Below, in pieces: positions 32,726 to 43,838 of a DNA stretch of 64,000 bases; within the stretch, counting starts at the first letter, position 1, and the number at the start of each line of letters is the position of its first letter. This DNA comes from a bacterium (GTDB lineage Bacteria; Electryoneota; Electryoneia; Electryoneales; Electryoneaceae). The notes beneath the pieces were generated by a model that saw only the letters and a list, made by a program, of their open reading frames with translations, searched no databases and was not told where the DNA came from. The position numbers and the translations under genes are program-made. Where the stretch lies: contig CAXXKJ010000001.1 of the NCBI GenBank assembly GCA_963675295.2, forward strand, positions 1 through 64,000, read 5' to 3'.

Positions 32726-34144
32726 ATGAATACGCGCCGGCCACTCCTGTTTACCCTTGCCTTCCTGTTGACTGTCCCGGCCCTCGCAATTGACTGGTTG
32801 TATACAACTGTCGCGGAAGAGGTCGTTTATCTCAATCGCATTGCTCCAGTTGATATTGACGCAGACGGCGATGACGATCTGGTCACATTCAGCCAGATGG
32901 GCTTCTGCTGGTGGGAACGTGACGGCCTGGGATACACAATGGCCCTGATTGATTCGGCGACCGGTGATGCCAACGATATGAAAGTTGCCGATATCGATGG
33001 AGACGGTGACATCGACCTGCTCACTGCCGACGAAGACATCGAATCCATACTCTGCTGGGACTACGACAACGGGTCGTGGAACCAGACCGTGATCGTTGAT
33101 GACTTTCTCAACGTGCAGAATCTTGCTCCAGCCGATCTCGACAACGATGGCGACATGGACATAATCGCATCGTCCGATCCGGAAGATATCATCAAGCTGT
33201 TCGAACAGGACGGTGGACAGTGGCATGAATACACCGTTACCGACACGATTGCTTCCCCACGAGGTTTGCACGCCTGCGATATGAACCAGGACGGCCTGCT
33301 CGACGTAGTCTGCCTCACAGCGCATTCGTTGATCTGGTACGAACAAACTACCCTTGACCAGTGGACCCAACACACCATACGCGAGAGTTTCGTCTTCGGC
33401 CAGGCGTTTCAGGTCGGCGATCTGGACAATGACGGTGACCTGGACATTCTTGCCGCAGCCGATGGCGGCCTGCGTGAGGTCACCGTTTTCTACCAGATGG
33501 ATGAGGGCTGGCGCGAGCTGGTCATCACACACTATTTCGAACCACGCGGGCTCAGCCTTGGGGACATCGATCTCGACGGCGATCTGGACTTCGTGCTGAC
33601 GGCGGGATACGGCGAATCCGCACTGTACTGGTTCGAAAATACCGGCGCGCAATGGGTACAAACCTACGTGGAAAGCGGATTCAGCAACCAGAAAGTCGCC
33701 TACATCACCCAGTACAACTATGATGGTTACCCGGACATTGTCCTTGCGCAAGGCGGGCTGGGAGGTCGATTCGGTTGGTTTGAACAGCAGGATCCACCCT
33801 ACATGCCAGACGTTGAGATCCATCTCACACGGAACGGTCAGCCATTTATCCCAGCCTCCGGTGGGATGGTTACGTTCGACGCCACCTTCGACAACCATCT
33901 CGCAAACGCGGTGTCCGGACAGGCGTGGCTGATGGCAACGCTTCCCAACGGCAATAACATCGGACCGCTGGTGATGCGCACGATCACCGCCCAGTCAGGC
34001 GTCACAACGTATCCCGGATTGACACAGTTTGTCCCCGGGTACGCGCCGTTCGGTGTCTATATGTTCCATGGATTGATCGGTGTATACAGCCAGTCCATCG
34101 TGATCGATACTGACTACTTCACGATCCTGAAAGAATCCAACTAA
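32726..34144 (+). CDS. Secreted FG-GAP protein ending in the shared Ig-like module (no CTD)
   Basis: Signal peptide; 7 FG-GAP repeats; FIPASGG...QFVPGYAP.G.Y module, then stop. Confidence 0.85.
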   Translation: MNTRRPLLFTLAFLLTVPALAIDWLYTTVAEEVVYLNRIAPVDIDADGDDDLVTFSQMGFCWWERDGLGYTMALIDSATGDANDMKVADIDGDGDIDLLTADEDIESILCWDYDNGSWNQTVIVDDFLNVQNLAPADLDNDGDMDIIASSDPEDIIKLFEQDGGQWHEYTVTDTIASPRGLHACDMNQDGLLDVVCLTAHSLIWYEQTTLDQWTQHTIRESFVFGQAFQVGDLDNDGDLDILAAADGGLREVTVFYQMDEGWRELVITHYFEPRGLSLGDIDLDGDLDFVLTAGYGESALYWFENTGAQWVQTYVESGFSNQKVAYITQYNYDGYPDIVLAQGGLGGRFGWFEQQDPPYMPDVEIHLTRNGQPFIPASGGMVTFDATFDNHLANAVSGQAWLMATLPNGNNIGPLVMRTITAQSGVTTYPGLTQFVPGYAPFGVYMFHGLIGVYSQSIVIDTDYFTILKESN

Positions 34145-34428
34145 GGATCCACAGGCTTGTTGGAATAGCATGCGTCATGTACTTCAGCCGCGGTTGTCCG
34201 CGGCTGAAAAATTAGTCGCTGGGCCGGATTGGCGTCGATCCCGGCTTGCTCCCATATTCTCCCGAGATTTTCGGAAAACGGCCCGTGGAGGATTGAACTT
34301 CCGAAACGATCATGGTACGTTATTGACCGCTTCCGACCCCAGATTCTGCTACCTGTACTGCTCGAGTCAAGGTTCGCAGTCCACTCCGTCGTTGGAAGGT
34401 ACATGCATTCACAAACCAGGGTGGTACC

Positions 34429-35676
34429 GTGAAACGTCAGGCAATGACACTCCAGTACTCCGCGCCCGCGTTTTTCGCTGTCGCGTTGTTCTCTCTGTTG
34501 TTCCTCTTTGCGCCGCAGGCAATCCAGGCGCAACAGCCCGACTCGGTCTGGGTACGCTACTACGGTGAAGTTGGTAAAAGCTATTCCCGTGATATCGAAG
34601 TCGTAACCGACGGCTTTGTCGTCGTCGGAACGAAATCGCTGATGGAAGACAACCTGCCGTACCCGCAGGTCTGGCTGCTCAAATTCAATTTTGATGGTGA
34701 AGTCCTTTGGACCCGCGAGTATGGCGATGATCACGCGCAAAAGGGCTATGCCGTCGCGCCGACCTCGGATGGTGGATTCATTCTCTGTGGATCGTACTGG
34801 ACCAACGGTATTCCTGATGCCTATGTCATCAAGGTTGGTGCCAGGGGCCACCTTGAGTGGGAACGGGTGTACCCGACGGAAGATGACACCTTCGCCCGCG
34901 ACATTAAGCAAACCCCGGACGGCGGCTACGTGGTGACCGGCGCGACACAGCGCCACGCGATCCAGAACCGGTTGCAGATTGACGCCTACATCATGAAGCT
35001 CGATGCCGACGGCAACCAGGAATGGGCGCGTTCCTACGGTGGCGGCTGGGAAAACGACGAAACGTGGAGCATTATCGTCGAGGATGACGGCTATGCCATC
35101 GCGGGACGCACCTGGTCCGGCGGCGCCCAGATGCGTGATGCCTTGATCGCCAAGATCGACCTGGATGGAAATCCGGTATGGTGGGATATTTACGGCGGTG
35201 AATACAAGGACCACATTTACGAATTCCAGCGTATCCCCGACGGGTCCGGCTATATCTGTGCAGGGAAAACCGAATCGTTCAACCACGGCTTCGACGAACA
35301 CGGTGACATCTGGATCCTGCGTTACGACCCGAACGGCAACTTCATGTGGCGATCGGTGATCGGCCACCAGCCGACCGAATTCGGCCGCAGTGTCGACATT
35401 CTGCCGAACGGCGATTTCATCGTCACCGGCATGACCGTCACCAACCAGAACCAGAACCAGATCTTTGTCGGCCGGGCGGATAGCGAGGACGGTGACTGGC
35501 AATGGTTTTACGACTTCGGCGGGGTGGGGATGGATGATGCGTGGAGCGTTCGTGCGATTCCCGGTGGTGACTGGGTGGTCGCCGGCAACACGCAGTCGAT
35601 GGGTCCGGCGGAACAGAGCATCGTCGTGTTCCGCATGACCGAAGTGCCTGTCGGTGATCCGGTTTTCGCCCGCTAA
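34429..35676 (+). CDS. Secreted beta-propeller repeat protein (no CTD)
   Basis: Signal peptide; repeated T.DGG(F/Y)...G...K.D.DG...W...YGG units. Start may be 34444. Confidence 0.8.
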   Translation: MKRQAMTLQYSAPAFFAVALFSLLFLFAPQAIQAQQPDSVWVRYYGEVGKSYSRDIEVVTDGFVVVGTKSLMEDNLPYPQVWLLKFNFDGEVLWTREYGDDHAQKGYAVAPTSDGGFILCGSYWTNGIPDAYVIKVGARGHLEWERVYPTEDDTFARDIKQTPDGGYVVTGATQRHAIQNRLQIDAYIMKLDADGNQEWARSYGGGWENDETWSIIVEDDGYAIAGRTWSGGAQMRDALIAKIDLDGNPVWWDIYGGEYKDHIYEFQRIPDGSGYICAGKTESFNHGFDEHGDIWILRYDPNGNFMWRSVIGHQPTEFGRSVDILPNGDFIVTGMTVTNQNQNQIFVGRADSEDGDWQWFYDFGGVGMDDAWSVRAIPGGDWVVAGNTQSMGPAEQSIVVFRMTEVPVGDPVFAR

Positions 35677-35806
35677 CAGCTAGACAGTTGACACTCAGGG
35701 GGAAGGAGGACGAAAGTCAGCCCTCCCCCTTTTCTGTTTCACGGCGTACCTTGGCAACTGCAAGTTTGCACCAACTGCCCTGACCATCAATCAGCTGGGA
35801 CTTCCC

Positions 35807-37168
35807 GTGTCTGCATCACGTCTTCCGTTTACCGCATCACGTTTGCCACTCCGCTGGGTGCTGACGCTCGCCCTGCTCGGCCTGATTCTGCTCCCGTTCG
35901 CGGACGCATCCGCAGTGGAGGCGGACTCCGTCTGGGTCCGCTATTACGGCGAAGTCGGCAACAGCATCGCGTTCGATATCGAAATCGTGGACGACGGTAT
36001 CGTCGTCTCCGGCACCAAGTCGATGATCGAAGGTTATCCGCCGCTGCCCGCCCTGTGGTTTATGAAGTTCGATTTCAACGGGAACATCCTCTGGCAGCGG
36101 GAGTTCGGCGACAATACGGTCGAGAAGGGCTACGGCTTCGCCAAAACTCCGGACGGCGGCTTCATTGTCAGCGGCACCGACTGGGGCCATGGCCGATCCT
36201 CGGTGTACCTGGTCAAAACGGATAACGAGGGCAATCCGGAATGGGAACGGCTGTACGCGTCCGAGGTATCGTCCATCGCCCGCGACGTGGAAGTCACCGC
36301 GGATGGCGGCTTCGTCATCACCGGCTGGTTTGAGTATAACGACAGCACCGGTCAAATCCCGGTTGAAAGCATCTTCGTGATGAAGACCGACTCGCTCGGA
36401 CACCTTCAGTGGCGGCAGGAATACGGTACCACCTACGCGCGCGACGAAGCGTGGAGCATTGACGTGCTGGACGACGGCTACGTCTTCGCCGGACGCACCT
36501 GGTCCACCGGCGCGGGCATGCGCGACGCGCTGATCGCGAAGATCGATCTCGAGGGCAACCTGCTGTGGTATTCCACGCACGGCGGCATCTACAAGGACCA
36601 CATCTACGAATTCCAGACACTGCCGGATGGCACCGGCTTCATCTGTACCGGAAAGACCGAATCGTTCGGACTCGGCCAGCTGACCATCGGCGATATCTGG
36701 GTGCTGCGCTTTGACGAGAACGGCGAGTTCATGTGGCGCTCGGTGATCGGCACTCCGCCCACCGAGTTCGGCCGCAGCATCGACATCCTCGCAAACGGCG
36801 ATTACATCGTCACCGGCCTTACCGGTACCCAATACCTGAACAATCAGGTGTTCCTCGGACGGTCCGATCCGGACGGAAATTTTATCTGGACGTGGCACTT
36901 CGGCGAGCCGGGCATGGATGACGCGTGGTGCGTACGCGCACTTCCCGGCGGCGACTTCATCGTCGGTGGCCTTACCGAATCCATGGGCCCCGCGCCGCGC
37001 AGCCTGCTGTTGCTGCGAGTCACCGAAGTGGGCGGCATGCCGCTGACACCGCCATTCGTCGACAGCACCGCACCGGCATTTCCGCCGTTGCAGGGCATCG
37101 TCGCTGACCGTGTCACTGCCGCAGAGGCGATGGCAAGCGAGACCAAACGCATCACCATTACCCGCTGA
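35807..37168 (+). CDS. Secreted beta-propeller repeat protein, tandem paralog (no CTD)
   Basis: Shares DSVWVRYYGEVG, MRDALIAKIDL and YKDHIYEFQ with the preceding gene. Confidence 0.8.
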   Translation: MSASRLPFTASRLPLRWVLTLALLGLILLPFADASAVEADSVWVRYYGEVGNSIAFDIEIVDDGIVVSGTKSMIEGYPPLPALWFMKFDFNGNILWQREFGDNTVEKGYGFAKTPDGGFIVSGTDWGHGRSSVYLVKTDNEGNPEWERLYASEVSSIARDVEVTADGGFVITGWFEYNDSTGQIPVESIFVMKTDSLGHLQWRQEYGTTYARDEAWSIDVLDDGYVFAGRTWSTGAGMRDALIAKIDLEGNLLWYSTHGGIYKDHIYEFQTLPDGTGFICTGKTESFGLGQLTIGDIWVLRFDENGEFMWRSVIGTPPTEFGRSIDILANGDYIVTGLTGTQYLNNQVFLGRSDPDGNFIWTWHFGEPGMDDAWCVRALPGGDFIVGGLTESMGPAPRSLLLLRVTEVGGMPLTPPFVDSTAPAFPPLQGIVADRVTAAEAMASETKRITITR

Positions 37169-37474
37169 CGAGCGGGTCTTCAGCTGTACACGAAACACAT
37201 GCGGCGTCCTGCACGGGGCGCCGCATGTCTGCTTCACGGCCCGCCACCAGATCCCCGTCCCGCCTGACATCTGCCAGTGACTTTTCGAGAAACCCAACAC
37301 CCTAAGTTTCAGCTTCCTGTATTTCAAGCGGTTACCCCGGTTCAGAGGCAGTTTTCCTCTCGCGACCCACGCCGATTCTGCTTGAAAGACGTGTTAAGGA
37401 CCCCTAACATTTTGCCTACAGGTTGGGGGACCGGAAGCACCGGAAACAAATCAAGGGCAGGAGCGGAGGTTGGG

Positions 37475-39331
37475 ATGAAGAGGGTATTCATGGTTGCGAT
37501 CGCGTTGATGCTGACGATCGGGGTCGCATCGGCGCAGTTTGTGCAGGATTGGCAGACGCTATCCGGTACGAGTTCCAATTCGGAAGCATTTAACGGTGTC
37601 TGTGCGGCGTACGGTGGGGGTGTGATCGCTGTCGGCAAGCAGTACAACACCAGCTCAGGTCTGTTTGAAGCGGTCTACGCGTACATCAATCCAGATGGCA
37701 CGGTTGCCTGGCGCAATGTTTTCGGCACCGGCACCGGTACGGACTTCTGGCTTGATGACGTTTGTCAGGTTCCGGGTGACGTAACCCGTTACGTCGCGGT
37801 TGGCTGGGCGCAAAGCGGCAGTACACGATTACCCCTGGCGATGGATTTCTACAGCAACGGTACCCTCCATTGGCAGCTGGACTACTTCGGCACGGCCGGC
37901 GGTGGCGAACTGCACCATGTTGAACCGGATGGGGATGGATTCATTGCCAGCGGTGTCACCGATGGATCAACGTACGCCGATGGCCTCGTTATCCGGATGG
38001 GAAATGACATCCTTTACGATTGGCATACGACGCATGGCACGTATGACTTCAACCGCCTGTATCACATCTCACCAACGTCTGACGGTGGCTACATCGCAAC
38101 CGGCTTCGGCTACTCGCAGGCCTCCGGCCGCTACCCATGGACACTGAAGCTCAACTCGAGTGGCGGTCAGCAGTGGAGCTCCTACCGTACCGGCTACTGG
38201 TTCGGTGTCGGCCGCTCTGTACTCGAAGCGGACAACGGTGACTTCCTCTTCTGCGGCTACTACGATAACGGCCCCGGCGATCAGTTCATGGTCCTGCGCA
38301 CGAACAGCAGCGGTACCCTTCTGTGGGATGCGGATTTCGGCGCGGATAACGGTGACGAATACGCCGACTGGATCGCCGAAGCGCCGGGTGGCGGCTACTA
38401 CCTCACCGGTGACGGCGACAGCAACTTCACCAACGACACCGATCTGTGGGTGGTTCACATCGACGAAAACGGGTCGATGATCGACAACCAGATTTTCTCC
38501 AGTCCGCGCTACCAGTGGGCGAACGCCGCATGCTTCCTCAACTCGTCCGATATTGTCGTCGTGGGCGAGGACAACATCTACTGGAACAACAGCGCCGCGC
38601 CGTGGGCGACACGGCTCAGCTACCAGCAGGACTTCGTCGCCACTATCGAACCGGCCGCCCCGCCAGTGGTGATCCCGTCCAACGGCGGCTCATTCAACTA
38701 CATCGTCGGTGCGATTAACAACACCACCAACGCGATTCAGGCGGATGCGTGGGTGCAGATCCATCACGTTCCGTCCGACATGAGTGTCGAGGTGCGCCTG
38801 TTCGAGAACGTTGGCTTCCCAGCGAACAACACCGTCTCCGCGAACCTGAACCAGTACATCCCGGCGAACGCTCCGGGTGGCGACTACCGCATCAGCCTGT
38901 ACATCGGTGACCACCCGTGGAGCTACGACACCTTCGCCTCGTTCGATTTCAGCAAATCGGGCGCGAGCGTGGATGATTTCACCGTCTTCGAGCAGCCGGA
39001 ACTGTGGACCAGCGGTGGATCGTTCGCGGGCGCGGAGCAGACCGTTGCCACGGATGAGACCCTGCCGTCCGAATTCGGCCTCAGCGCGGCGTATCCGAAT
39101 CCGTTCAACCCGAGCACCACGTTGAACGTGACCATGCCGGAAGCTGCGACTCTGACAGTTGCCGTCTACAACGTGACCGGGCAGCAGGTCGCCGAACTGG
39201 CGCACGGATCATACACCGCCGGGTCGCACACGCTTACCTTTGATGCCTCCGGCCTCACCTCCGGCGTCTACTTCGTGCACGCCTCTGCCAACGGCTGGTC
39301 GGCGATGCAAAAGGTGATGCTCATCCGTTAA
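37475..39331 (+). CDS. Secreted beta-propeller protein with shared Ig-like module and CTD
   Basis: RBS GGAGG; signal peptide; TSDGGY repeats; AYPNPFN. Confidence 0.82.
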   Translation: MKRVFMVAIALMLTIGVASAQFVQDWQTLSGTSSNSEAFNGVCAAYGGGVIAVGKQYNTSSGLFEAVYAYINPDGTVAWRNVFGTGTGTDFWLDDVCQVPGDVTRYVAVGWAQSGSTRLPLAMDFYSNGTLHWQLDYFGTAGGGELHHVEPDGDGFIASGVTDGSTYADGLVIRMGNDILYDWHTTHGTYDFNRLYHISPTSDGGYIATGFGYSQASGRYPWTLKLNSSGGQQWSSYRTGYWFGVGRSVLEADNGDFLFCGYYDNGPGDQFMVLRTNSSGTLLWDADFGADNGDEYADWIAEAPGGGYYLTGDGDSNFTNDTDLWVVHIDENGSMIDNQIFSSPRYQWANAACFLNSSDIVVVGEDNIYWNNSAAPWATRLSYQQDFVATIEPAAPPVVIPSNGGSFNYIVGAINNTTNAIQADAWVQIHHVPSDMSVEVRLFENVGFPANNTVSANLNQYIPANAPGGDYRISLYIGDHPWSYDTFASFDFSKSGASVDDFTVFEQPELWTSGGSFAGAEQTVATDETLPSEFGLSAAYPNPFNPSTTLNVTMPEAATLTVAVYNVTGQQVAELAHGSYTAGSHTLTFDASGLTSGVYFVHASANGWSAMQKVMLIR

Positions 39332-39561
39332 TCCGGACGCAAAGGACTCCATTTCAACAGCCGGATCTGCTCGATCCGGCTGTTTTCCTTACATCCGAGC
39401 TCCCGGCTCAGCGCTCTTGGAAAATTCACAAACGTTTCGTGTTTTTCACTATTCGAAGATTCGTTTGTGTATCTTGTCAGGCAACGGGGCAGGGCACGGT
39501 TGACATGGAGTGATAGGAACACCACACTTTACCGTTGGCGCGGAACTCAGGAGTATACCCC

Positions 39562-41298
39562 ATGAAAACCTTGTTTACGATTCTTATCGCCAGTCTCGTC
39601 CTGTGCGGGACAGCGCTTGGCGGCTTCCAGACTGTCACCTTCACCAGCGATCAGTTAGGCGAAAATCGCGAAGTCCTGCTCTACACCCCGCCGGGCTACA
39701 ATCCGAACCTCGAGGGTGGTTATCCTTGCGTGATCATGCTGCATGGTCTCGGAATGACACCGTCCGATTTTGACGATCCCCAGTTCGAACTCGCGCTCAA
39801 TTTCGCGATGCAGACTGGCGATCTGCAGAAGATGATCCTCGCGTTCCCCGACGGCAGCACCCCGGCCTATTGGGGCGGTTCGTTTTACGTCGATTCCGAG
39901 CTGTACGGACGCTTCGAGAAATACATCATCCACGACGTCATCAACTACCTCGACGGTGAGTACAACACCACCGCGCAGCCGTACGCGCGTGCTATCGCCG
40001 GGTATTCGATGGGCGGCTTCGGCGCGGCGCACATCGCGATGAAATATCCGCAACTGTTCAACACCGCCACCTTCCTCAGCGGACTGCTGTCCGTCTCGAA
40101 CCAGGAATTCATGATCGCGGATATCATCACGGAAAACGATCCGAACGGCAACGGCGCACCCTACACCTTCGACCCGAACGCTGGCCTGTTCAGCTATATG
40201 GCGTTCTCGATGGCCGGTGCGCTTTCGCCGAATCTGGACAACACACCGCCGGTAGATTTTCCGATCGACGAGAACGGCGACATGGTGCAATGGGTCTGGG
40301 ATCAGTGGCTGACCTATTCGCCAGATGAACGCGCCGCGACCGTCCGGGACGAGTTCGACGATCTCGACATCTACTTCAACGTCGGCACGGCGGATGAGTT
40401 CGGCTTCTTCATGGGCAACAACGTCTTCGCCCTCGCGTTGGACGACGCTGGCATCGACTACACCTACGAAGAATTCGCCGGTCAGACCCATCTGCTGACC
40501 GACGAACGGATGATCGCCGCGATCGACTTCATCGACCAATCATTCCTCGCCGCGACACCCGAACCGGCCTACCTGATCGCGCTGCCGGACATGGACATCG
40601 TCCCGGACAACGGTGGCGAAGTAACCTTCACCGTCAACCTGATCAGCAACCTGCCGCAGGATATGAACGGTCTGTATTTTTGGGCGGAGGTGATCCTGCC
40701 GAACGGGTCGACCTATCCGCAACGCCTGCTGAGCACCCAGTTTAACCTGCCCAGCGGAGCGAACCTGAGCGCGGACCTGAGCGTGACAGTCCCAGCGAAC
40801 GCCCCCGCCGGGGAGTACACTCTGGTGACCAATGTCGGCGTCAATCCGAACAACGCCGCAGCGTCCGACTTCTTCCACTGGACCAAGTCCGGCCAGACGC
40901 TGAGCGGTGATCTCGCCGGGAGCTGGCCTGCATCCTCGAGCGGTTTCTTTGCAACGACGACGCATGTCGCTGCCGTCTATGAAGCTGCAACGTCCGTTGC
41001 CGCTGGAGCAGCTTCAACGTCCGCCGATTTGCCGTCGACGTTCAGCCTCAGCCCGGCCTACCCGAATCCATTCAACCCGAGCACCACGCTCAACGTGAAC
41101 CTGCCCGATGCCGCCGAGCTGACCGTGGCCGTCTACAACGTCACCGGCCAGCAAGTTGCGACGCTCGCGCAGGGACAGTTTGACGCCGGGTCGCACACGC
41201 TGACGTTCGACGCGTCCGAGCTGTCCGCCGGTGTCTATTTCGTGCACGCCAACGCCAACACCTGGACTGCGACGCAGAAAGTCGTGCTGGTCAAGTGA
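39562..41298 (+). CDS. Secreted alpha/beta-hydrolase esterase with shared Ig-like module and CTD
   Basis: YTPPGY...YP...LHG, RAIAGYSMGG, VGTADE, EEFAGQTH; AYPNPFN. Confidence 0.87.
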   Translation: MKTLFTILIASLVLCGTALGGFQTVTFTSDQLGENREVLLYTPPGYNPNLEGGYPCVIMLHGLGMTPSDFDDPQFELALNFAMQTGDLQKMILAFPDGSTPAYWGGSFYVDSELYGRFEKYIIHDVINYLDGEYNTTAQPYARAIAGYSMGGFGAAHIAMKYPQLFNTATFLSGLLSVSNQEFMIADIITENDPNGNGAPYTFDPNAGLFSYMAFSMAGALSPNLDNTPPVDFPIDENGDMVQWVWDQWLTYSPDERAATVRDEFDDLDIYFNVGTADEFGFFMGNNVFALALDDAGIDYTYEEFAGQTHLLTDERMIAAIDFIDQSFLAATPEPAYLIALPDMDIVPDNGGEVTFTVNLISNLPQDMNGLYFWAEVILPNGSTYPQRLLSTQFNLPSGANLSADLSVTVPANAPAGEYTLVTNVGVNPNNAAASDFFHWTKSGQTLSGDLAGSWPASSSGFFATTTHVAAVYEAATSVAAGAASTSADLPSTFSLSPAYPNPFNPSTTLNVNLPDAAELTVAVYNVTGQQVATLAQGQFDAGSHTLTFDASELSAGVYFVHANANTWTATQKVVLVK

Positions 41299-41633
41299 CG
41301 CTCGAAAGCTACTGAAGCCAGAGAAGCAACGGATGCAACTGACGCAACGGAAGTAATAGACAGGAACAGACAGGAAAAGACGCAACAGATGCAGCTGACG
41401 GTACTGGCGTAGCTCGTGTTGCTTCAACCATAGACGGGGATACCGGCTTCCAGGTGTCCCCGTTGTTCCTCACTGGTACGCCTGAACTGCCCCCGCCAAT
41501 CTCCGCTCCTGAAATGCCATGTGCGATTCATCACACAAACCAAGTTCGGAACTCCTAACTTCGTCACGAAAGCGGATTCCGCATCTGGACGTGGAGATCC
41601 AAACTCGAGACAAATCAAGGGAGAGGGAGTATC

Positions 41634-43487
41634 ATGAAAACCCTGGCACTTACCGTGCTTTGCGCGGGACTTCTGGCCGTCACGGCCTACGCTCAACCGG
41701 TTGAACAGTGGCAGTCGACGTTCGGCGGTGTGGACGACGAAGAGATCACGGGCATGTGCGCCACCGGCGACGGTGGGTTCATCGGTGTCGGACACGTCAC
41801 CAGCCTGAACGATGACATCGCCTACCTTATCCGCTTCAACGCGGACGGGTCGGTCATGTGGAGCAACACGATCAGCGACACGACGGATCTGCGTTTGAGG
41901 GGCGTCTGTCAACGGAGCGGGACCAACGAATACGTCGCTGTCGGTACCTTTGGTCCCATCTATGGCGATTCCGACCAGTGGCTGGTCCGGTTCAACGGCA
42001 ACACCGGCGCGGTCAACACCACGATACGGTTCGACGGCGCGTACATCGACAATGCATGGTCGATCTACCAGACGTCGGATGGCGGCTACATCATCGGCGG
42101 TGAATCCAGCAGCGCGGCGTACGCGTTGCGTCTCGACGCCAGCTTCAACGTGGTCTGGGAACAGCGCCTGCTGCCTGACACCTACCAGTATTTCCGGGAC
42201 ATCAAGCCCACCAGTGACGGCGGCTATATCGCCGGCGGCGCGATCTGGGAGGGCACGGACTTCTTCGACGCTGACGAACTGTGGGTCGCCAAGCTGGATT
42301 CGGGCGGCAACATCGACTGGTACATCAGCACCGGCGGCTGGGGCGATGATGTCGTCAACTCCGTGATTGAAACCCCGAACGGCAGCTTCATGGCCTGCGG
42401 CAGCCGACACGACACGTTACTCGGCAACGACGATCACGAACTGTGGGCGGCACGCATCAGCTCTACCGGTACGATCCAGTGGTCGCAGTACTTCGGGTCA
42501 CCGACCGGCAACGAATATGGCACCTGGGTCGCGCAAGCACCGACCGGATTTTACTTCGGCGGCTGGGGATCCAGCACCGCGACCACAGCATACGACGCCT
42601 GGCTGATCAACCTCGACGGCAACGGCAACATGCTGTGGAACGCGATCTACGGCGGAACCGGGTCGCAGTATGCCTACGACTGGTGCGATCTCGGCGACGG
42701 CGCCATTGGCGCGGCTGGCCGCTATTCGCCGCTCAGCCTGACCGAGCTCGAAGCCTGGGGTATGCGTCTTGATACCCCGCAGACCCTCGTTGTTGACATC
42801 GCCCCAACCACACCGCCACTGGTGGTTCCGGCCAACGGCGGCAGCTTCCAGTACGAAGTCAACGTGCAGAACAACAGCAGTTCCGCGTTGACGTACGACG
42901 CATGGGTGCAGATCCAGTACCTGCCGACGATGCACACCGTCGAAGTCCGCTACTGGCCGAACACCCAGTTCCCAGCGAACCAGAGCGTCTCAGCGATTAT
43001 CGGCCAGAGCATTCCCGCGAACGCGCCAGGTGGCGACTACGTTATGAGTCTGTTCATCGGCGACCATCCGTGGTCAGTCGAGGCGTATGGCTCGTTCCAG
43101 TTCAGCAAGGCTGGCAGCGCGGCGGATGCGTTGACCGTCTTCAACAACCCGACCCTTTGGCCAGCAACCGGCAGCTTCGAACAGGCGGAGGAAGCGGTCG
43201 TCGCGGACGCCAACGCACTTCCGTACGAGTTCAGCCTCGGCGCGGCCTACCCGAACCCGTTCAACCCGAGCACCACGTTGAACGTCAATCTGCCGGAAAC
43301 GGCGGAACTGACCGTCTCGGTGTACAACGTCACCGGCCAACAGGTTGCCGAATTGGCACACGGATCGTTCAACGCCGGGTCGCACACACTGACCTTCGAC
43401 GCGTCGAACCTGTCCGGCGGTGTCTACTTCGTGCGCGCCTCCGCGAACGGCTGGCACGCGACGCAGAAAGTCGTGCTGGTCAAGTAG
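41634..43487 (+). CDS. Secreted beta-propeller protein with shared Ig-like module and CTD
   Basis: QTSDGGYI repeats; AYPNPFN. Confidence 0.83.
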   Translation: MKTLALTVLCAGLLAVTAYAQPVEQWQSTFGGVDDEEITGMCATGDGGFIGVGHVTSLNDDIAYLIRFNADGSVMWSNTISDTTDLRLRGVCQRSGTNEYVAVGTFGPIYGDSDQWLVRFNGNTGAVNTTIRFDGAYIDNAWSIYQTSDGGYIIGGESSSAAYALRLDASFNVVWEQRLLPDTYQYFRDIKPTSDGGYIAGGAIWEGTDFFDADELWVAKLDSGGNIDWYISTGGWGDDVVNSVIETPNGSFMACGSRHDTLLGNDDHELWAARISSTGTIQWSQYFGSPTGNEYGTWVAQAPTGFYFGGWGSSTATTAYDAWLINLDGNGNMLWNAIYGGTGSQYAYDWCDLGDGAIGAAGRYSPLSLTELEAWGMRLDTPQTLVVDIAPTTPPLVVPANGGSFQYEVNVQNNSSSALTYDAWVQIQYLPTMHTVEVRYWPNTQFPANQSVSAIIGQSIPANAPGGDYVMSLFIGDHPWSVEAYGSFQFSKAGSAADALTVFNNPTLWPATGSFEQAEEAVVADANALPYEFSLGAAYPNPFNPSTTLNVNLPETAELTVSVYNVTGQQVAELAHGSFNAGSHTLTFDASNLSGGVYFVRASANGWHATQKVVLVK

Positions 43488-43838
43488 TGCGTTTGCCGGA
43501 CTGTTGATAGCAAACCGTGCAACAGGGCGTGGCCGCCAGCCGCGCCCTGTGTTCTCGTTGGTTGTTCGCATGCGCTAACTATGGCTCTGGAGTAAAATAT
43601 CCACAATCGAATAAATAATCCTTGTTTACGAGTTAGGAACACCTATCTTTTCTCGACCACACCGAAACACACCCTCTCCATGAGCGCTGACGATTTCACT
43701 TTGTCCGGGAAACCCTTCATGTGAGTGATGGCATAGGAGTGCAGTTGTTCATCACGTCCGGGAACCTCCCTCTAGACGATTCTCTCTGATCCCCGGCTCA
43801 TCTCAATGCATGTCGTTCATGCTCACATCGGAGTAATC

